From: a virus
Taxonomy: Duplodnaviria; Caudoviricetes
Reading direction: 5' to 3' (one strand)
DNA: 50,026 nt
IMG/VR virus record: IMGVR_UViG_3300010413_000052
Span: 1-50,026 of that record
This document shows, piece after piece, positions 7,237-15,581 of this stretch. Numbering within the stretch: the first letter of the stretch is position 1; each line of letters begins with the position of its first letter. The notes beneath the pieces are model-generated. The model searched no databases. It was not told the DNA's origin and saw nothing but the letters and a program-made list of their open reading frames with translations. The translations under genes were made by a program, and so were the position numbers.

Positions 7237-9705
7237 GTGCTACTGTGCAATGATATGCATTTTTGTATATTCGCGCACACAGAAGATAACCAGCCAAAAC
7301 CTCAAGAAAAACCATGGAAATGGCTGGCTATGAGCCTGACAAAACACCGTGAAACATCGGTAGATAAGAATGCACCGGGACGGGTAGAGATCCCACTTCT
7401 GTCTTTTGTCACTTACAAGCCTGGTACGCTGCGAGCAAAATACAATGTACAGACTGTAAACGCAGCAGCGTTGGACATAGATTATATAACATCTGAAGAA
7501 TGGAATTCTATACAACGAATTTTAGAACAGAACGAGATATCCTCTTTTTGGTACACCACTTTTAGTCATCAACTACACGATCGACCAGACAATTTCAAGC
7601 TACGTCTATGCCTAGAACTGTCCAGGCCAGTTACAGGTCAAGAATGGGCTCAAATTTTTCCATTTTTTAAAGAGCATTTTCAAGCGGATTCAAATGCAAG
7701 TGATGCAAGTCGAATGTTTTTCGGTCCCTTTATACCGTCGGGTACACAGCACTTGCACTTTTCTGGTATTCAAGAAGGTTCACCTTTTGACGTAGACAAT
7801 TTACTTAAAGTGCAAAAACGTCCACCTACAGTGGTCGATCTACCACCAGAACCATCCATAACTGTCACAAAAGAAATGCTTACCAAACTGTCAGCAGATT
7901 TAAAACGCCGGTCTGACACGTACTCACAGCTGGCAAGCAGTATGATAAGACACTTGCGTGATGGTGAAAAGTTTACAGAAGAAGGTCACAGGGATGAAGC
8001 TGTTTTTCGTTATATAATTTCTTCAATAGTAAAAAAATGGCCTAATTTGAATACTACTGAACTAACAGCACTTGCAACACCATCATTAGAATTAAATGGT
8101 GGTGTGACTCCTGATCAATTTACATATAAAGTTGAACGTGCTAAACAAGAACGGCAAAAATACTTAGAAGATAACTACTTAAAACAAAAACAAAAACATG
8201 AAAATTCAATTGCAAAAACCAACACAAATAGACAACTTGTGGGAATGGATGCATATTATATAAATGACACCTTACCAGTAATAACGGCAACGACTTTTGC
8301 AAATAAAGAACTTGATATCCCGATCGGACAAGCAAAAATAGTGCAACATCAATCTGATTTTTATTTTTGGTGTAATGGCACTTATCATGGTCCTGTACAG
8401 AAAACAGCTTTTATACAAGCTGCAATTAAATATTTATCACCTTTTGAGGAAATAGAAGTTGAACTTTTTGATAGTTTTGGAAACCTTAAAGAAATTAATT
8501 TAGAAAACTTTTTATCACAGCACAGTACTTTTGTAAAAGAAGTGGTTTTTGCGCTGGGAAGTAACCAAACCGCATTAACAAAAGATGCACTGGTACTGCC
8601 TTATTATCCGCCTTTGACACAACCGCTTGAATATTCTTGGAGGGTTGACCATTGGATCAAGTTCCTGTTTAGCGGCAAGTCTGAGCCATCTGAGAGAGGA
8701 TGGGAACGTGTTAAGTGGGCTTGGAAATGGTTATGTCATTACCAGGATCACAATGTTCTTTTGCCGGCCATACTCCTTGTAGGTGCTACTGGTGCCGGCA
8801 AGGGGTTATTTGCCGAGTGGTTATCACAAGCCTATGAAATACCTGCTAATGTAGTGTCACTCAATCTATTGTATAATAGTGGCACTGAAAATGATGTGTA
8901 TCCGGTTATGGTAGCAGATGAGGAATTCCCGGACTGCAGTTCAGCGCAACTTAGAGAAGGTATAACAGCACGCAACCATATTCTGAAGAAAAAGTACCAG
9001 AATATACGCAGAGTAACCGGGTACATACGGCACATTTTAATTCTAAATGACGCTGATCGAATTAAGACTTTTGATGTCGGCGTAGAAGCACAACGTGCTA
9101 CAGCTGAACGTTTTATGTACGTCAATGTAACAGAGAAGTGCCGCGAATATCTAGAGGCACTCGTAAAAGGGAATGAGCTGTTACAACCGGGCGAGCTGCA
9201 AAAGCATATTGCATGGTTAAGGGAACAAAACCTGTATAATAGACTTGATCCCGGCCGTTTTGGTGTAGCAGTACCAGAAGACAACCAAGCCTTTTATGAG
9301 ACGTTTTACCGACAGAAAAACAGATTTGCAGTGTTGAATGTAATCTGTGATTTTATATGTCGAGATAGCTATCCTATAGGCATGATCGAAAGATATGGTA
9401 AATGGCCTATTGAAGTGACAGAAACAGGTGAAGTAAAGATTCGATCTGCACCTTTTGCAGCATACTGTGAAGATAAACTTGAAAACCGATCTAAGGCGTC
9501 ATTGGGTCAAGTGGTAAAGTCCATATCAGAACCAGTAAGAACGGCAAAAGAACGGTATTGGCGCCTGCAGAAAACCCACATTTATAGGTGGGCAGAAATA
9601 GCGATGGAATATTCTGATGAAGAGATCAAGGATGGTTTAAATACCACGACCGAATCAAAAGTTGACTCGGCCGTGGTAATAGAAAAAGAGAAGTGGATTA
9701 ATTAG
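7237..9705 (+). CDS. Primase(-polymerase)/helicase fusion
   Basis: N-terminal AEP-like ALDID, YTTFSH, LRLCLELSRPV, DASRMFF; C-terminal P-loop GATGAGKG and Walker B VMVADE (D5/VirE-like). Confidence 0.85.
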   Translation: MLLCNDMHFCIFAHTEDNQPKPQEKPWKWLAMSLTKHRETSVDKNAPGRVEIPLLSFVTYKPGTLRAKYNVQTVNAAALDIDYITSEEWNSIQRILEQNEISSFWYTTFSHQLHDRPDNFKLRLCLELSRPVTGQEWAQIFPFFKEHFQADSNASDASRMFFGPFIPSGTQHLHFSGIQEGSPFDVDNLLKVQKRPPTVVDLPPEPSITVTKEMLTKLSADLKRRSDTYSQLASSMIRHLRDGEKFTEEGHRDEAVFRYIISSIVKKWPNLNTTELTALATPSLELNGGVTPDQFTYKVERAKQERQKYLEDNYLKQKQKHENSIAKTNTNRQLVGMDAYYINDTLPVITATTFANKELDIPIGQAKIVQHQSDFYFWCNGTYHGPVQKTAFIQAAIKYLSPFEEIEVELFDSFGNLKEINLENFLSQHSTFVKEVVFALGSNQTALTKDALVLPYYPPLTQPLEYSWRVDHWIKFLFSGKSEPSERGWERVKWAWKWLCHYQDHNVLLPAILLVGATGAGKGLFAEWLSQAYEIPANVVSLNLLYNSGTENDVYPVMVADEEFPDCSSAQLREGITARNHILKKKYQNIRRVTGYIRHILILNDADRIKTFDVGVEAQRATAERFMYVNVTEKCREYLEALVKGNELLQPGELQKHIAWLREQNLYNRLDPGRFGVAVPEDNQAFYETFYRQKNRFAVLNVICDFICRDSYPIGMIERYGKWPIEVTETGEVKIRSAPFAAYCEDKLENRSKASLGQVVKSISEPVRTAKERYWRLQKTHIYRWAEIAMEYSDEEIKDGLNTTTESKVDSAVVIEKEKWIN

Positions 9706-9760
9706 TCATTAAGCCAACCAAGCAATTCATGTACTAGATTATTTATATTACGTCTTAACA

Positions 9761-10015
9761 CTACCAATTATTAATTGGTTTCTCGCGGATCTCGTAAGTG
9801 TCAAAAATTCGCCCGTTGCGCTGCATGTCTTGCACTGGCTCAGCTTCAATGTCCTGTGGACCTCTCACATACCCACAACCACATTGTGGCATTCCGTTAT
9901 GTGGACACAGTGTCTTGACGCGTCTCATTTGACTATGAGTCAGCGTAGCCGTAGGGGTAGTGACTCTCAATGTAATTGACGTTCCGTGAAAGTTGTTTCT
10001 TAGTTCGATTTTCAT
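9761..10015 (-). CDS. Hypothetical protein (Cys-containing)
   Basis: Strong RBS AAGGAGG and upstream promoter candidate. Confidence 0.75.
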   Translation of the reverse strand: MKIELRNNFHGTSITLRVTTPTATLTHSQMRRVKTLCPHNGMPQCGCGYVRGPQDIEAEPVQDMQRNGRIFDTYEIREKPINNW

Positions 10016-10038
10016 TTTTATTGCCTCCTTGTTCTTAA

Positions 10039-10066
10039 GTTATAGCAGTTTAAAACTACTTTGCAA
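10039..10066 (-). promoter_or_regulatory. Candidate early promoter
   Basis: Minus strand TTGCAA-N16-TATAAC with extended -10 TG. Confidence 0.6.
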
Positions 10067-10165
10067 CTTTTTAAAACAAAAAAGTGATTAAAACTTTTGT
10101 CTTAACCACTTTTTGTTCTTTTTGTAGGTTTTGTCTTATGTTTTACTGAAAAACCTCTTAACAGC
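10060..10165. repeat. ~106-bp direct repeat, copy 1 (terminator + -35 cassette)
   Basis: Near-identical to 10438-10545; hairpin 10079-10114 followed by a T-tract on the minus strand. Confidence 0.9.
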
Positions 10166-10409
10166 ACTCTCTTCTTGTATGTTTTTCACTTCCGTAACTA
10201 TTAGCATATTTGCAAATGATTCCCCACTTGTCATTAGCAATTTGATCCATCACCCATTTTTCTTCTATGACCAATTCATAGATTTCCTTAGATAATTTGA
10301 CATTATCTTCTATTTTATAAGCAACATGAAACAGCTCATGTAATAATTTGTTTAATTTTTGCCTTCTTTCAAGTGGTGTCATTGTCTTTCTCTCTCCTTT
10401 TGTGTCCAT
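10158..10409 (-). CDS. Hypothetical protein
   Basis: ORF between the two repeat copies; RBS AAAGGAG before the second Met. Confidence 0.7.
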   Translation of the reverse strand: MDTKGERKTMTPLERRQKLNKLLHELFHVAYKIEDNVKLSKEIYELVIEEKWVMDQIANDKWGIICKYANSYGSEKHTRRECC

Positions 10410-10437
10410 ATTTATTATTATTACATTTTAAAAACGT

Positions 10438-10545
10438 TTTGCAACTTTTTAAAACAAAAAAGTGATTAAAACTTTTGTCTTAACCACTTTTTGTTCTTTT
10501 TTGTAGGTTTTTGTCTTACACTTTACTGAAAAATCCCTTAACAGC
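10438..10545. repeat. ~108-bp direct repeat, copy 2
   Basis: Near-identical to 10060-10165; hairpin 10457-10492. Confidence 0.9.
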
Positions 10546-10710
10546 GTTTTCAAGTCCCTCTGCTGCCTGGACAAGCTGCATAACATCCGCTTGTTGAGTT
10601 GAGTCTGTGTCAAGCCATAGCCTTTTTAGGTTGCGCTGTACTTTTTTAAGGTCTTCACAGACCATAACTTCGCGTGATCGTCTTGGTTTTTGTACTTTTT
10701 CTTCACTCAT
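10516..10710 (-). CDS. Hypothetical protein (probable start MSEEK at 10710)
   Basis: RBS AAGGAG before ATG at 10710, which overlaps the end of the upstream ORF. Confidence 0.65.
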   Translation of the reverse strand: MSEEKVQKPRRSREVMVCEDLKKVQRNLKRLWLDTDSTQQADVMQLVQAAEGLENAVKGFFSKV

Positions 10711-10915
10711 AGTTGAATTCTCCTTGTCTGTTGTCTTGGGTTTTGGTTGTATAGGTTTCGCCATCTTGTTCAGTCCCTTCTGGACAGCTACACTGCCCTT
10801 CATAAAGTTTTTCAATTTCAGTAACAATTAAATCATACAGTGCTTTTGCATTTCTAGAATGTTTTTCACTCCTGTAGTGTTTAATTGCCTCCAAAAGTTT
10901 TTGTTTTTTATCCAT
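10703..10915 (-). CDS. Hypothetical protein
   Basis: ORF track; directly downstream of a promoter candidate. Confidence 0.6.
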   Translation of the reverse strand: MDKKQKLLEAIKHYRSEKHSRNAKALYDLIVTEIEKLYEGQCSCPEGTEQDGETYTTKTQDNRQGEFNYE

Positions 10916-10922
10916 GTCTTTT

Positions 10923-10973
10923 TTCTTAGCATGGGAAAAACATGTTGCAAGGGAAATTTTTATCTGCTAGGTT
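10923..10973. promoter_or_regulatory. Candidate divergent promoter pair sharing the palindromic -35 TTGCAA
   Basis: TTGCAA at 10945-10950; minus N16-TAAGAA and plus N17-TAGGTT, both preceded by TGn. Confidence 0.4.
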
Positions 10974-11065
10974 TTAATATCGTGAAAAAAGAATATAGAA
11001 AGGTGGTGAAAAATGTGTTCCCTGGGCTAGAAAAGGAACTATGTTTTTAAATAATACTGCACAAT

Positions 11066-11103
11066 ATGATCGGGAGTTTAAATGTGTCGCAACTCCCGAT
11101 CAT
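11066..11103. promoter_or_regulatory. 13-bp perfect inverted repeat (leader hairpin or operator)
   Basis: ATGATCGGGAGTT-N12-AACTCCCGATCAT just before RBS AAAGGAG. Confidence 0.6.
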
Positions 11104-11123
11104 TATTAAAAGGAGCAAAAATC

Positions 11124-11315
11124 ATGTCAAAAATATTAGATGAGGTTTGGGTAGCATATGGAAAAAGTAAATCAGAAAAACCAGATATTGAATTTGGTTA
11201 TTATGCACTTTCGACTACAAGATATGGTGCAAGATTAAAATTTGAAGAAAATTATTCTTTTGCAGTTATAACAGAAATAGTAAGGTACAAAAAAGATGAC
11301 AACCAATTGGCATAA
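11124..11315 (+). CDS. Hypothetical protein (probable start MSKIL)
   Basis: RBS AAAGGAG; first gene of the rightward arm. Confidence 0.65.
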   Translation: MSKILDEVWVAYGKSKSEKPDIEFGYYALSTTRYGARLKFEENYSFAVITEIVRYKKDDNQLA

Positions 11316-11754
11316 ACGTTTTTTTGAGCTTGCTCTATATATTGCCGAGTGGTCGAAATATCCCGGTCGTCATGTAGGCGCAGTGATTGTTGATGATCAT
11401 CATACGGTTGTTTCTATGGGTTATAATGGATCACCACGGGGCTGTGATGACAGAGATCAGAGTAAATATGCGATCCCGGTGAAATACTTTTTTGCCGAAC
11501 ACGCAGAACGCAATGCAATCTATAACGCACAACGATCACTTAGGGGTTGTCAGATTTATACAACACTGTTCCCTTGCGCTGACTGTGCTAGGGGAATAAT
11601 TCAGTCAGGTATATGTGCAGTGTATACCAAACGGCCTGATATGACTGACAAAGATTTTGGCCCACATTTTAAAGCCGCATTAAAAATGTTTGACGAATGT
11701 GGTGTTAAGGTGTACTATTTAGATGATCGTGGATTTATCATAAATAAGGATTAA
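11296..11754 (+). CDS. dCMP deaminase
   Basis: VGAVIV, GYNG, EHAERNAI, PCADC zinc motifs. Confidence 0.92.
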   Translation: MTTNWHKRFFELALYIAEWSKYPGRHVGAVIVDDHHTVVSMGYNGSPRGCDDRDQSKYAIPVKYFFAEHAERNAIYNAQRSLRGCQIYTTLFPCADCARGIIQSGICAVYTKRPDMTDKDFGPHFKAALKMFDECGVKVYYLDDRGFIINKD

Positions 11755-11758
11755 GATA

Positions 11759-12016
11759 ATGAAATATGATAAAAAACAGAAAGTCGCAATCTTCTCACTT
11801 CTTTCAATAGGTTACGTAGTTAATAATCGACATGGAGTTATATCTGTAGCGGCGTGTTTAAATACACTTGGTTTTGAAGTTGCCGACCTTGCCGAAATAT
11901 ACCATGATTCATCAATAACAGAGTATTTAGAAGAGAAAATAGATGAAATAGTAGATGATTTAGGTGATGAATCAGAAAAATTTTTAGTGGGTAGAACTGA
12001 TGGATCTCAAAATTAA
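11759..12016 (+). CDS. Acidic hypothetical protein
   Basis: ORF track; operon packing. Confidence 0.6.
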   Translation: MKYDKKQKVAIFSLLSIGYVVNNRHGVISVAACLNTLGFEVADLAEIYHDSSITEYLEEKIDEIVDDLGDESEKFLVGRTDGSQN

Positions 12017-12212
12017 TGAACCTTATTATAAAGGCAATGATCATTTTCTTATTATAAGAGAAGACAAGTATAGTTATTATATACTTGATAGTATAGCTTT
12101 AGAAATGTTAGAAGAATTTGATGAACTAGAACCCTTATTTGAAATAGAAAAAACCTTTGATAGTGAGTGGCATTTAAAACAATTTTTAACAGAACAAGGA
12201 GTGCAATTATGA
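12000..12212 (+). CDS. Acidic hypothetical protein
   Basis: ORF track; operon packing. Confidence 0.6.
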   Translation: MDLKINEPYYKGNDHFLIIREDKYSYYILDSIALEMLEEFDELEPLFEIEKTFDSEWHLKQFLTEQGVQL

Positions 12213-12514
12213 AAAAAACATTAACAAGAAATAAGAAATTATATTGGGGTTACCTGACCGGTATCCTGGGTTACCTGACCGGTATCCGGGGTGACCTGAC
12301 CGGTGTCCGGGGTGACCTGACCGGTGTCCGGGGTGACCTGACCAATGTCTGGGGTTACCTGACCGATATCCGGGGTGACCTGACCGGTGTTTGGGGTAAC
12401 CTGACCGGTGTCCGGGGTGATCTGACTGGTATCCAGGGTGACCTAGATGATTGTGAAATTACATATGAGGACCGGGAAAAAGGTATAGATATTAAAGACC
12501 TAATCCAAGAGTAA
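12209..12514 (+). CDS. Heptapeptide-repeat protein (GDLTGVR)n
   Basis: RBS AAGGAG before MKKTL; nine 7-aa repeats. Confidence 0.75.
   Translation: MKKTLTRNKKLYWGYLTGILGYLTGIRGDLTGVRGDLTGVRGDLTNVWGYLTDIRGDLTGVWGNLTGVRGDLTGIQGDLDDCEITYEDREKGIDIKDLIQE
12248..12445 (+). repeat. 21-bp GC-rich tandem repeat x9.4
   Basis: Consensus GGTGACCTGACCGGTGTCCGG, contiguous with no spacers. Confidence 0.9.
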
Positions 12515-12519
12515 GAGCT

Positions 12520-13254
12520 GTGTCATATATAGAAAACCCTAAAACAAAAGGTAGTGGTATCTATTGTGCAATACCACAAGATTATAAACCGTGTTCACGT
12601 AATTGTAAGGACTGTTTTTTTCAGAACGGCCGATCATATTTAGAACCACTTGTAGAAAACTTGCCGAATATTCCACCTAAAGAGATCATAGACAACTTTG
12701 TGATTAGAGTGAACGACGGACTAGATAGTGGTCAGGATATAGATCGGGTAATTGAAGTAACTAAGAACTGGCCTAATAAGTTTTATAATACGACAAACAT
12801 AGCAGCATTAGAGTATTTACCTAGTCCTACCGTTTTGACTATTAATCCCGGTAATTTCACAGATGAAAGGTTTCATTTTCCTTACCAATCTAGTTATAAA
12901 CCAATGGCTGTCCGTTTCCGAGCTAATATGTGGAATCAGAAATTACTCAAATTAGCTGTAGAGTATTGGACTAGTCAGGATGTACCTGTAATAATAACCT
13001 TTATGCGGTATTATGAAAAACCAAAAGAGATCGATAGTTGTCTTGATTGTTATGACTATAAGGATCATATTCTAAACCCATCTTGGTCAATAAACATAAA
13101 TGGTTGGGAAAACATTATGTGGGATTATGCAGGATGTAATTCATTAGTGTTTGCTTGTGGCGCCGGTCCTGACAAACCATTATGTAAAGATTGTGGTGTA
13201 TGCCTACAGCTTTATTGGAGATCAAAGGATGAGCGGAAAAATAAAAACCTTTGA
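12520..13254 (+). CDS. Radical-SAM-like Fe-S protein
   Basis: N-terminal CSRNCKDCF (CxxxCxxC) and C-terminal C...CKDCGVC cluster. Confidence 0.6.
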   Translation: MSYIENPKTKGSGIYCAIPQDYKPCSRNCKDCFFQNGRSYLEPLVENLPNIPPKEIIDNFVIRVNDGLDSGQDIDRVIEVTKNWPNKFYNTTNIAALEYLPSPTVLTINPGNFTDERFHFPYQSSYKPMAVRFRANMWNQKLLKLAVEYWTSQDVPVIITFMRYYEKPKEIDSCLDCYDYKDHILNPSWSININGWENIMWDYAGCNSLVFACGAGPDKPLCKDCGVCLQLYWRSKDERKNKNL

Positions 13255-13591
13255 AAAAAAGATCAGTGAAATACGGCAACTTATTCAAGAAGCTGAAACC
13301 GAACTTTCACGGCTAAAAAGTTTGACAGATCTTCATGTTGAATATAAGAAACTAAAAGAAAAGTATAATTTTTTGCGTGATAAACTTAACCTTCTTGAAC
13401 GTATGTTTTCAATGGAGTCTGATCCTGAATCACAGCAAATAGTTGTGACGGTAAAACGGATTAAATATGAAATAGATTCACCAGTAGAAATACAACATCG
13501 GGAACAGAGAAGAGAACAAAAGAAAGAACAAAAGAAAGAACAAAGGAGCCAACAAAATGCCAAACCTAAGGGAGAAAAGCAAAAGCCGTAA
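13229..13591 (+). CDS. Coiled-coil hypothetical protein
   Basis: Probable start MSGKIK; heptad pattern; EQKK repeats at the C-terminus. Confidence 0.6.
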   Translation: MSGKIKTFEKKISEIRQLIQEAETELSRLKSLTDLHVEYKKLKEKYNFLRDKLNLLERMFSMESDPESQQIVVTVKRIKYEIDSPVEIQHREQRREQKKEQKKEQRSQQNAKPKGEKQKP

Positions 13592-13781
13592 ATGGCGTGT
13601 TTTTGTCATCTGTCTAGCTGCAGGTGTTGCCGGTCAAGTAATTGTTAAGGGACTGTCAAATTGCCCGTGGTTTTTTAATGCTAAGGTACGAACTGGAGAT
13701 ATCATGACATTTGTTAATGACGCTGTTAAAGAATATCAGAAAAAATGGGAGTGGGAAGAAGGTGAGCATTATGAACTTTGA
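13557..13781 (+). CDS. Hypothetical protein
   Basis: ORF track; RBS AAAGGAG. Confidence 0.55.
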   Translation: MPNLREKSKSRKWRVFVICLAAGVAGQVIVKGLSNCPWFFNAKVRTGDIMTFVNDAVKEYQKKWEWEEGEHYEL

Positions 13782-13865
13782 AATTTTCATAGCCGGATTT
13801 TCATTTGGTATAATTGTCACAGTCGTTTTATTTTATTGTATTTGGTTTATTACAAGGTAGGTAGT

Positions 13866-14381
13866 ATGATTATTTTTCAAAACCTCAAAGGAAAAACCCT
13901 AGATTTAGAAAACCTTCAACCAGATGATATTGATATTAATGAAATAGCTCATTCTTTATCAATGCAATGTCGTTACAATGGTATGATTCCAGAATTCTAT
14001 TCTATAGCTCAACATTGTATTATAGTTGCAAATATGATCTTTTATTCTACCAAAAGAAAAGATCTTGCATTATGTGGTCTTCTTCATGATGCAGCAGAAG
14101 CATATATCGGTGATATAATAAGTCCAGTTAAGAATACTATATCGAGCATAAAAATGCTTGAAAGTATTGTCTTGGAACCAATACTTAAAAAAGAAGGCTT
14201 ACACATACATGATTTATATTTGCAATCTATAGATCTAATACATGAATATGATGTACTTTGTCTCGATTTTGAAATGAAATATTTTTATGAAAACGCACCA
14301 AAACTTTTTGATACATATCCACTAGATCAACCAGAAGCCAAGCTATCGTTTTTGAACACATATTTCTTTTATAAAGGATAA
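13866..14381 (+). CDS. HD-domain 5'-deoxynucleotidase (YfbR/YfdR-like)
   Basis: IAHSLSMQCRYNG, YSIAQH, LLHDAAEAYIGDI. Confidence 0.88.
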   Translation: MIIFQNLKGKTLDLENLQPDDIDINEIAHSLSMQCRYNGMIPEFYSIAQHCIIVANMIFYSTKRKDLALCGLLHDAAEAYIGDIISPVKNTISSIKMLESIVLEPILKKEGLHIHDLYLQSIDLIHEYDVLCLDFEMKYFYENAPKLFDTYPLDQPEAKLSFLNTYFFYKG

Positions 14382-14382
14382 T

Positions 14383-14625
14383 ATGCAAGAAAAACTTACA
14401 AGAAAAGGAATACTTGAGTTTTCACTACCAGAAGAAAATTGCTCTTTTAAAATAGCTGTATATAGTATGGACTATGCAATAGTGTGGAATGATTTAAAAA
14501 ACAGGTTACGATATATTTTGAAATATGAAGACTGGCATAGTGAAGAATATTATAAAGCATGTGCTGAGATACAACAAATAATATTCAACCTAGATAATGA
14601 TTATCAACTACCAGAATTGGAGTAA
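14383..14625 (+). CDS. Hypothetical protein
   Basis: ORF track; operon packing. Confidence 0.6.
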   Translation: MQEKLTRKGILEFSLPEENCSFKIAVYSMDYAIVWNDLKNRLRYILKYEDWHSEEYYKACAEIQQIIFNLDNDYQLPELE

Positions 14626-14627
14626 AA

Positions 14628-15263
14628 ATGAGAGACTACACAGCCAAACACGATCAAGGCAAAATTGACTGGGCGCTCCTACCATGGAAAATAATAGAGC
14701 GATCCGCTAAAATAATGACTGATGTGATCCGCCCAAAAGAAGAAGGTGGTGAAGGTTATGGTAGAGCATCGTGGCGTACTGTACCTGGTGGATTTTTCCG
14801 CTATTGGGCAGCTATGCAACGGCATATATTTGAAAGGTTTGTACTTGGTGAAGTACTTGATAAAAAGTCAGGTGAACCACATACGGCACACATAATTTGT
14901 AACGCAGCATTTGTTGGTGAGATGGATCTTGAATATGCAGAAGAATGTAAGAAAACAGAAGGGACAAGAAACGAGCTATCAATAGAACAATTCAATAACT
15001 TTTTTGATCCAGATATTTTTGATGAACCTGAAGATGTTGAAGAAAAACAACAAGAAACGTTTTGGAGATATGGAACACCACCAGGAAACAGAAAAGTATT
15101 ATTTCAATTTAGTGATGAAGAATGTGTATATACAGAAATAGGAGAAACAGATAATCGTCAAATATGGTATAATGATGGTGTAGATGTTATAAAATTAGAA
15201 GATATAAATAGGTGGGCTTATCTCCATGAAGTAATTGCAATGTTAACATCAAAACACAAATAG
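14628..15263 (+). CDS. dATP/dGTP diphosphohydrolase-domain (DUF5664-like) protein with an extra C-terminal domain
   Basis: KHDQGKIDWALLP...YG..SW...RYWAAMQRH...GEVLDKKSGEPHTAHIICN pattern. Confidence 0.75.
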   Translation: MRDYTAKHDQGKIDWALLPWKIIERSAKIMTDVIRPKEEGGEGYGRASWRTVPGGFFRYWAAMQRHIFERFVLGEVLDKKSGEPHTAHIICNAAFVGEMDLEYAEECKKTEGTRNELSIEQFNNFFDPDIFDEPEDVEEKQQETFWRYGTPPGNRKVLFQFSDEECVYTEIGETDNRQIWYNDGVDVIKLEDINRWAYLHEVIAMLTSKHK

Positions 15264-15271
15264 GAATAGTT

Positions 15272-15445
15272 ATGCGAAAAAGAAAACCTAAATCTCAAAA
15301 AAGGGCTGAACGTATACATCGACGCGCAACCACATTAGAAATAGAAGAAATAATAGAAGGGAACATTTCAGAAAAAGCTGCATTAAGTATACACAAACAA
15401 CGTGTAAAAGAATGGTTCGGAGGGCAAAACAATGTTAAACTTTAA
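15272..15445 (+). CDS. Small basic hypothetical protein (not in ORF track)
   Basis: Hand translation MRKRKPKSQKRAERIHRR...FGGQNNVKL*. Confidence 0.5.
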   Translation: MRKRKPKSQKRAERIHRRATTLEIEEIIEGNISEKAALSIHKQRVKEWFGGQNNVKL

Positions 15446-15581
15446 TCAGTGTCTAACATTGCTTTTTGTATATTTAAAAGTAGCATATGGTCTTGAGTGG
15501 TCTTGGTGGTTAGTATTTCTACCTTTGAATATTGATCTATTATTAAAAACTATAATTTGGACTTGTAAAAGGTATTTATGA
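15432..15581 (+). CDS. Small two-TM membrane protein with WSWW motif (not in ORF track)
   Basis: MLNFNQCLTLLFVYLKVAYGLEWSWWLVFLPL...; RBS GGAGG; stop overlaps the next start (ATGA). Confidence 0.6.
   Translation: MLNFNQCLTLLFVYLKVAYGLEWSWWLVFLPLNIDLLLKTIIWTCKRYL

Noticed and set aside
8832-9284. Antisense ORFs in the track (e.g. 8832-9284, 22109-22483, 37092-37466, 41649-42008)
   Set aside because: They lie wholly opposite well-supported genes, lack motifs and look like shadow ORFs.
12248-12445. 21-bp repeats as a CRISPR array
   Set aside because: Units are contiguous with no unique spacers and keep a protein reading frame; there is no cas operon.
13501-13550. Short 12-bp repeats (EQKK) near the end of the coiled-coil gene
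   Set aside because: Low-complexity coding slippage with no sign of a separate function.
13866-15263. 2-aminoadenine (Z) genome or 7-deazaguanine pathway
   Set aside because: No PurZ/PurA-like, QueC/QueD/FolE or DpdA gene is recognisable; the hydrolases alone are not enough.
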